Assembly (NCBI GenBank): GCA_035362935.1
Contig: DAOSEC010000008.1
Span: 12,823 to 76,822 of the forward strand
From: Bacilli bacterium
GTDB lineage: Bacteria > Bacillota_I > Bacilli_A > ML615J-28 > CAG-313
DNA length: 64,000 bases
Direction: 5' to 3'
In this document: positions 59,300-64,000 of the stretch, one piece after another
How positions within the stretch are numbered: the stretch's first letter is position 1
Layout: the number at the start of each line of letters is the position of its first letter
Position numbers and translations under genes: made by a program
Notes under the pieces: generated by a model
Databases searched by the model: none
What the model saw: the letters and a program-made list of their open reading frames with translations, nothing else
Told to the model about the DNA's origin: nothing

Positions 59300-60085
59300 T
59301 TATAACGAAAACTCGCTGAAAATCTCTCTCATCTCTTCTTCCATTTGATCTCTGTTCTTTTGGTGAAAATTTGACGACATTTGGTAGTTATCAAAGATAC
59401 TAATACCTTCACTTTGTAAATTCTGAATTACAGACTTTTCACTGATTGGAGTAATCACTTTTGCACTTGGGGTATACTTCTTAGCAGACTCCACCAAATT
59501 GTTTAAATATTTGTTCGGAGCAATCTTAACTTTGTGGTATCCAGTGGGTACAATATAGTTGATTTTTGTCACATCGATATCAGAATCAACAAAATATTGA
59601 ATTGTACTTAAATATCCATCCATTCCTAAACTATCTAAGCCTACCACAATAATAATATCATCACTTATGTCCAACAAAACTTCTGTCAAACGACTACTTG
59701 AAGGTGGAAAATCGATAAAAATATAGTCAAAGAAACGCTTAAAACTATTCATTATGTCCTTTAAACGCTTTTCTTGTGATCTTTCTAAGGTCAATCTCAT
59801 CGAAAGTTTGTCTGTATTTAAGGTTTTAATTAAATACATATTTATTCTTGCCTCAAAAACCACATCTTTGGGCTCTATTAACCCCGCCAACAAGTGTTCT
59901 AAGTAATTAGAGTCGTTATTGTAGATTTGATCCTCTACTCCAAAGATTTTGAACACACTATTTTGATCATCTGCACTGATTACCAACACTGTTTTCCCTT
60001 GGAGTGCATAGTAGTGAGCTAAGTAACCAATGAAGGTTGTTTTACCAACACCACCCTTTTTGCAAAAGGTTGATACAATTGCCAT
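59300..60085 (-). CDS. small ParA-family partition ATPase (type Ib-like, no N-terminal HTH)
   Basis: 261 aa. Deviant Walker A KGGVGKTT at residues 9-16. Opposite strand to all neighbouring origin genes. Confidence 0.8.
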   Translation of the reverse strand: MAIVSTFCKKGGVGKTTFIGYLAHYYALQGKTVLVISADDQNSVFKIFGVEDQIYNNDSNYLEHLLAGLIEPKDVVFEARINMYLIKTLNTDKLSMRLTLERSQEKRLKDIMNSFKRFFDYIFIDFPPSSSRLTEVLLDISDDIIIVVGLDSLGMDGYLSTIQYFVDSDIDVTKINYIVPTGYHKVKIAPNKYLNNLVESAKKYTPSAKVITPISEKSVIQNLQSEGISIFDNYQMSSNFHQKNRDQMEEEMREIFSEFSL

Positions 60086-60086
60086 A

Positions 60087-60344
60087 CTACTTTACTCCTT
60101 CCCTTGTTAATTTCTCTTTACATGCTTCCTCAATGAACTCTGAAAACATCATTCCACTCATTGCGCAAGCTATTTTGATTCTTTTTCTCAGTGTTGGATC
60201 CATAGTAGCAGTATATTTGTCTCTTTCGGGGGTTTTAACCTGCTCGATTGGTGCTGGTTTTGCCACAGGTGCTACAAATTCTTGCTTTTCTGGAGATACA
60301 CCCGCTCTTTCAAACGGATTTGTACGTTTTTTAATTTGATTCAT
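60087..60344 (-). CDS. ribbon-helix-helix protein (ParG/omega-like putative centromere-binding partner/regulator)
   Basis: 85 aa. Unstructured N-terminal tail. The C-terminus KYTATMDPTLRKRIKIACAMSGMMFSEFIEEACKEKL follows a beta-alpha-alpha RHH pattern. Strong RBS AGAGGAGG. Lies 1 nt upstream of parA. Confidence 0.6.
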   Translation of the reverse strand: MNQIKKRTNPFERAGVSPEKQEFVAPVAKPAPIEQVKTPERDKYTATMDPTLRKRIKIACAMSGMMFSEFIEEACKEKLTREGVK

Positions 60345-60371
60345 ATCATAACCTCCTCTTTTTCACCCGAA

Positions 60372-60380
60372 ATTATAGCA
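60372..60380 (-). promoter_or_regulatory. extended -10 promoter (TGcTATAAT) driving the RHH-parA operon
   Basis: Revcomp is gtTGcTATAATt, about 25 nt upstream of the RBS. An identical 12-mer recurs at 60636-60647. Confidence 0.5.
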
Positions 60381-60637
60381 CAACAACCTAAAAAGCACAA
60401 GTACTTATTTTAGTATTTACCAATATACATACATATGTAAATAAGTATATAAGGTAAAAAAGCAATTTTCGAAGTTTGACACCACAAACACATTGTCTTT
60501 CAGATCAAAACCATGCTTTTGCATCAAAACACAAAATCGCACAGGAATACAACAAAGTCAACACCTGAAGACCTGAGGGAATCCAAAAATCAGCTTCAAA
60601 TTTTAGTTTAAATCGATTTTCCAAAGTTGAATGAAAA

Positions 60638-60646
60638 ATTATAGCA
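60638..60646 (-). promoter_or_regulatory. second copy of the same extended -10 element (TGcTATAAT), 266 bp further upstream
   Basis: The 12-mer aaattatagcac occurs at both 60370-60381 and 60636-60647. Confidence 0.35.
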
Positions 60647-60888
60647 CCCCCACCCTCGTAAATCGTCAAAAACGAAATTATGGTGATGACACAACACTCA
60701 CAGTGGAGAAGCTAAACCGAGCCAGCAACACCTCAAGACCGATCGATAGAATTTAAAAACCACAACTTAAAAACCACCCACAAATACGTAAAAACATAAA
60801 TAAATAAAAAAGTAAATACCAAAAAACACGGAACACTTAATGCAAACAGATGCCTTAACCTGGTCAAAAAAACGAAAAAATCTAAAAA

Positions 60889-61074
60889 TTAATTTGAACA
60901 ACAAACAAAAACGCACAAAAACCAAGCCAATAAATTTGAAGTTCAAACAAAAAGAGCCAAATCAATTTTGAAATTCAAATAAAAAAACCATAAAAAAGCA
61001 GATTTTACTTTTAAGTTCAAATAAAAAAGCTAGGTTTTCGGATGAGTTGCCTGATTAAAGGTTTTAACTTCAAA
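60889..61074. repeat. array of about four ~24-bp direct repeats, each carrying a TTTGAA-N-TTCAAA palindrome (iteron/centromere-like)
   Basis: tttgaaGttcaaa (60935-60947) and tttgaaAttcaaa (60967-60979) are perfect palindromes. Degenerate copies lie at 61010-61021 and 61063-61074. Each is followed by (a/c)AAAAAG. Further TTTGA-tat-TCAAA at 61427-61439. Confidence 0.55.
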
Positions 61075-61462
61075 CTAAAGAGACAGCATAAAGTGCGTTG
61101 AGTCGTTGAATCGAATCATAATGGAACGTTGTTGTTTGGTTCTGGGTATGTGCTTCAATCAATAACAGGACTCGCTGTCTAATAACGATCTGCACTGAAA
61201 TCAACATCATTCGACTTTGAATATCTCTTAGAGACCCAACGTAAGGTTTGAAACAGTAAAAAACACACCACTTTACACATAAACACAAAAAAGTAAATAC
61301 ATAAAAACGTATATAAGTAAAAATAATCGCAATATTTAATAAAATTAAGTATAAACGTAAAAGAGTAAATAAGTAAATACATAAAAACACAAAAAAAGTC
61401 AACCAGATCTTGTTTTTGGTGCATAGTTTGATATTCAAACAACACAAAAAACATCAATTATG

Positions 61463-61497
61463 ACGTGGTTTTCGCATAAAAAACCACTCTTTTTATA
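61463..61497 (+). terminator. plus-strand rho-independent terminator at the end of the A+C-rich block
   Basis: gtggtttt-cgcata-aaaaccac followed by tcttttta. It is not needed by dnaN, which has its own terminator, so it would terminate a plus-strand transcript of the non-coding block. Confidence 0.5.
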
Positions 61498-61696
61498 AAA
61501 ATTCTTTATAAACACTCTTTTATGTATAATATATAATAAGGACAATCGTTTTAAATAGAAAAATTATGATTAAAAAGGGATTGCTTGTTAATATCAAGCA
61601 AGTTTTAATAATTTGATAGGAAATAATCAAAAAACAAATTAAAAAACATAAACTTTCAAAAAACTTAAAAAATCACTGGTGTTTTTTGATTTTTTA

Positions 61697-61705
61697 TGTT
61701 ATAAT
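61697..61705 (+). promoter_or_regulatory. extended -10 promoter (TGtTATAAT) for yaaA-recF
   Basis: 27 nt upstream of the yaaA ATG. The RBS AAAGAGG lies 8 nt before the ATG. Confidence 0.5.
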
Positions 61706-61732
61706 AAATTAACGAATAAAGAGGTCCAAAAT

Positions 61733-61963
61733 ATGAAAAAAATTAACATAAAAACAGAGTTTATAACACTTGGACAACTACTTAAAATACTTGATATAGT
61801 TTCAAGCGGTGGAGAAGCGAAATTTTACATAAAAGAGCATAAAATATTTGTAAATGGCACTCTAGAAGATAGAAGAGGGCGAAAACTCAGAAAGGGAGAT
61901 TTAGTGGTTTTATCTGACCTAAAAATCTTAATTGATGATCAAAATGATGATTCAAAACATTAA
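61733..61963 (+). CDS. yaaA: S4-domain RNA-binding protein YaaA
   Basis: 76 aa. S4-like (…GEAKFYIKEHKIFVNGTLEDRRGRKLRKGDLV…). Canonical position between dnaN and recF. Confidence 0.8.
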   Translation: MKKINIKTEFITLGQLLKILDIVSSGGEAKFYIKEHKIFVNGTLEDRRGRKLRKGDLVVLSDLKILIDDQNDDSKH

Positions 61964-63029
61964 ATCTTGGAATTTTCGTAATTTCACGCGGTCTACCCAT
62001 GTATTCTCTGAAGGAATAAACATCATTTGTGGCGATAATGCAACAGGGAAAACATCTTTATTAGAGCAAATCTATGTTCTTTGCTTGACTAAGTCGCATC
62101 GAGCTAAAAAGGATATTGAAATGATAAAATTGGGATCTGACTTCTTGGTTTTGAAAGGTAGTTTTGTGTCTCCTGTCAAATCTATAGACTTGCAGCTTTC
62201 TTTATCAGACAAAGGTAAAATCGCCAAGATTGGAACAAAAGAAGTAAAAAACCTAAGCTCTTATATTGGAGTCGTCAATGTTGTGTTGTTCTGTCCTGAG
62301 GATTTGTTGATTGTTAAAGGATCTCCCGGAGACAGAAGAAAATTTTTGGATGTGGAAATGGGACAAATATCTCCAAACTACCTTCGAGACTTAATTGAAT
62401 ACAAAGATTTAATCAAACAAAGAAACGCTTTGTTAAAGGACTTCTCCTCAACAACCCCAAAAAACAAAACATTACTTGATGTTTTGGATGAAAAAATAGT
62501 TCTTGTAGGCATAAAGATAATACAAGCTCGAACAAAGTTTCTTAACATGTTAAACCAAATCGCTGTTGATAAGATGACAGCGATTAGTCGCAACAACGAA
62601 ACCCTTAGAATAGTTTATAAACAAAATGTTGCTGTTGAACAATTTTCTGAAACATTGAAACAAAGTCTTGAAAGCGACTTAGCAAAAGGATCGACGTCTG
62701 TGGGTCCGCACAGAGATGATTTTGTTATTGAAATAAATGATCAGGATGTTTCTTTGTTTGGTTCACAAGGACAGCAAAGATCGTCTGTGTTAGCTCTCAA
62801 GTTTTCATTGCTGCAATTAATTTCAAACGTCAAAAAAGAGATGCCAATATTATTGCTAGATGATGTGTTTAGTGAACTTGACGAATACAGACAAAACGAA
62901 ATACTAAAGTTAATTAATAAAGGTGTGCAAACATTTATTACCACAACAACTATAAACGAAATTGATAAAGAGATATTAAATAAATCTAACTTGATTTATT
63001 TGACAAAGGAGAATGGCAATGAAAGATAA
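61947..63029 (+). CDS. recF: DNA replication and repair protein RecF
   Basis: The ORF begins at 61932, but the start is taken at MIQNIKSWNFRNF. Walker A GDNATGKTS and signature/Walker B at the C-terminus (LLLDDVFSELD). Confidence 0.9.
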   Translation: MIQNIKSWNFRNFTRSTHVFSEGINIICGDNATGKTSLLEQIYVLCLTKSHRAKKDIEMIKLGSDFLVLKGSFVSPVKSIDLQLSLSDKGKIAKIGTKEVKNLSSYIGVVNVVLFCPEDLLIVKGSPGDRRKFLDVEMGQISPNYLRDLIEYKDLIKQRNALLKDFSSTTPKNKTLLDVLDEKIVLVGIKIIQARTKFLNMLNQIAVDKMTAISRNNETLRIVYKQNVAVEQFSETLKQSLESDLAKGSTSVGPHRDDFVIEINDQDVSLFGSQGQQRSSVLALKFSLLQLISNVKKEMPILLLDDVFSELDEYRQNEILKLINKGVQTFITTTTINEIDKEILNKSNLIYLTKENGNER

Positions 63030-64000
63030 CAAATCAGTTGATAGTAAACACTATGATTCCAGTAGTATACAAGTACTCGAAGGATTAGAGGGAGTTAGAA
63101 AACGCCCAGCTATGTATATTGGATCTACTTCCGCAAGAGGACTTCATCATTTGGTTTGGGAAATTGTGGATAATGCGATTGATGAAGCATTGGCCGGATA
63201 CGCAACCGAAATCAATGTAGAGATCATGGATGACAACGTTATTAAAGTTGTTGACAACGGTCGCGGAATCCCTACAGATATTCACCCAAAAACAAAGATA
63301 TCGACAGTGGAAACGATATTTACGGTTTTACATGCTGGTGGGAAATTTGACGGGAAAAGCTATAAGGTGTCTGGAGGGCTTCATGGTGTCGGGGCATCGG
63401 TAGTTAACGCCCTAAGTGAATGGTTAAGAGTTGAGATTAAAAAAGACGGACACACTTACGAACAACTATTCCGTAGAGGGAAAAGAGAGTATGAGTTAAA
63501 GCAAGTTGGGGATAGCGAAGAAACCGGTACGACAGTAATGTTTAAAGCGGATGCTGAAATCTTTAAAGAAACTGTGGAATATGATTATGAAACTTTACGC
63601 CAACGGATTCAACAACTTGCGTTTTTGAACAAAGGATTAAGAGTCATTGTTAAAGATTCTAGATTTGACAAACCAAATAAAGAACACAATTACTACTATG
63701 AAGGTGGAATTAAAGAGTACGTTGCATTTTTAAACAAAAGCAAATCAGTTCTACATAATCAAATTATTTATTTTGAAGATGAAGTAGATAACGTTCAATT
63801 AGAAATTGCAATGCAATATACAGATGACTATAACAGTAATATTTACTCGTTTACAAATAACATCCACACACACGAAGGTGGAACCCATGAAGAAGGATTT
63901 AGAAACAGCTTAACTAGAATTCTAAACAACTATGCAAAAAATCATCCAACTTTCAAAAAAGAAGAAGCTTTAAGTGGTGATGACGTTCGTGAAGGATTAA
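63019..64000 (+). CDS. gyrB: DNA gyrase subunit B (5' part; continues beyond the window)
   Basis: Hand translation from the ATG at 63019 (GGAG 7 nt upstream) gives MKDNKSVDSKHYDSSSIQVLEGLEGVRKRPAMYIGST…HHLVWEIVDNAIDEA…, the GHKL ATPase N-terminus of GyrB. Absent from the ORF track because there is no stop in the window. Confidence 0.9.
   Translation, partial: MKDNKSVDSKHYDSSSIQVLEGLEGVRKRPAMYIGSTSARGLHHLVWEIVDNAIDEALAGYATEINVEIMDDNVIKVVDNGRGIPTDIHPKTKISTVETIFTVLHAGGKFDGKSYKVSGGLHGVGASVVNALSEWLRVEIKKDGHTYEQLFRRGKREYELKQVGDSEETGTTVMFKADAEIFKETVEYDYETLRQRIQQLAFLNKGLRVIVKDSRFDKPNKEHNYYYEGGIKEYVAFLNKSKSVLHNQIIYFEDEVDNVQLEIAMQYTDDYNSNIYSFTNNIHTHEGGTHEEGFRNSLTRILNNYAKNHPTFKKEEALSGDDVREGL

Noticed and set aside
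60889-61074. CRISPR array suspected from evenly spaced short repeats.
   Set aside because: The repeats are 13-bp AT-rich palindromes with irregular spacing of 32-53 bp, degenerate copies, no cas genes and no spacer-like unique segments of constant length. They read as iteron- or centromere-like, not CRISPR.
61070-61457. Minus-strand ORFs of 125 aa and 92 aa inside the A+C-rich block.
   Set aside because: Their translations are low-complexity Phe/Leu/Cys/Tyr strings produced by the G/T-rich complementary strand. They have no RBS and overlap each other in different frames. They are treated as artefacts.
61575-61610. Second hairpin (ttgcttg-ttaatat-caagcaa plus T-tract) and a 16-codon mini-ORF MIKKGLLVNIKQVLII upstream of yaaA, as a possible leader peptide or attenuator.
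   Set aside because: The stem is short, the mini-ORF has no RBS, and there is no obvious link to yaaA/recF function. It is recorded only as a weak secondary structure.
1-64000. Possibility that TGA encodes Trp (Mycoplasma code).
   Set aside because: Under the standard code the window contains uninterrupted ORFs of 925, 960 and 1138 aa and dozens of full-length housekeeping genes. Under code 4 these would not all be TGA-free by chance. The lineage is therefore code 11 (Acholeplasma/Erysipelotrichia-like).

Overview
This window is the chromosomal replication-origin region of a low-GC (about 30% GC) genome that uses the standard genetic code. By gene content it looks like a Firmicutes/Mollicutes-type organism (Acholeplasma- or Erysipelotrichia-like). 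Evidence: long ORFs are never interrupted by TGA; there are many LTAC/LSGC lipobox proteins; rpoE (delta subunit), spoVG and the dnaX-ybaB-recR block are present.

Gene orientation flips at about 56.4 kb. Left of that point almost everything is on the minus strand: split transketolase, spoVG, ispE, rsmA, rnmV, pyrG, rpoE, surE, two nrnA paralogs, nucleases, a CUT1 ABC importer, recR, ybaB, dnaX, ygiQ, two MacB-like ABC/FtsX genes, SPFH/NfeD, asnS with a T-box leader, mnmE, rmuC, jag, yidC, rnpA and rpmH. To the right, on the plus strand, lie dnaA, dnaN, yaaA, recF and the start of gyrB. DnaA-box clusters flank dnaA.

Most worth a second look:
1. A 2.5-kb opposite-strand insertion at the dnaN/yaaA junction. 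It carries a small ParA, a ribbon-helix-helix protein and a 1.4-kb strongly A+C-skewed, repeat- and palindrome-rich non-coding block.
2. A co-oriented 'DNA-foraging' gene set. Its surface module is an OB-fold/lamin-tail lipoprotein, an SNase lipoprotein and a sugar-type (CUT1) ABC importer. Its cytoplasmic module is a leaderless SNase, tandem NrnA and SurE.
3. An unusually long DnaX (960 aa) with an internal coiled-coil insert of roughly 350 aa.
4. Several oddly extended housekeeping proteins: YidC with an N-terminal beta-sandwich-like domain, and a 1138-aa GHL10 + 7xFN3 anchored protein sitting where mnmG/rsmG/parAB would normally be.

I found no rRNA, tRNA or CRISPR.
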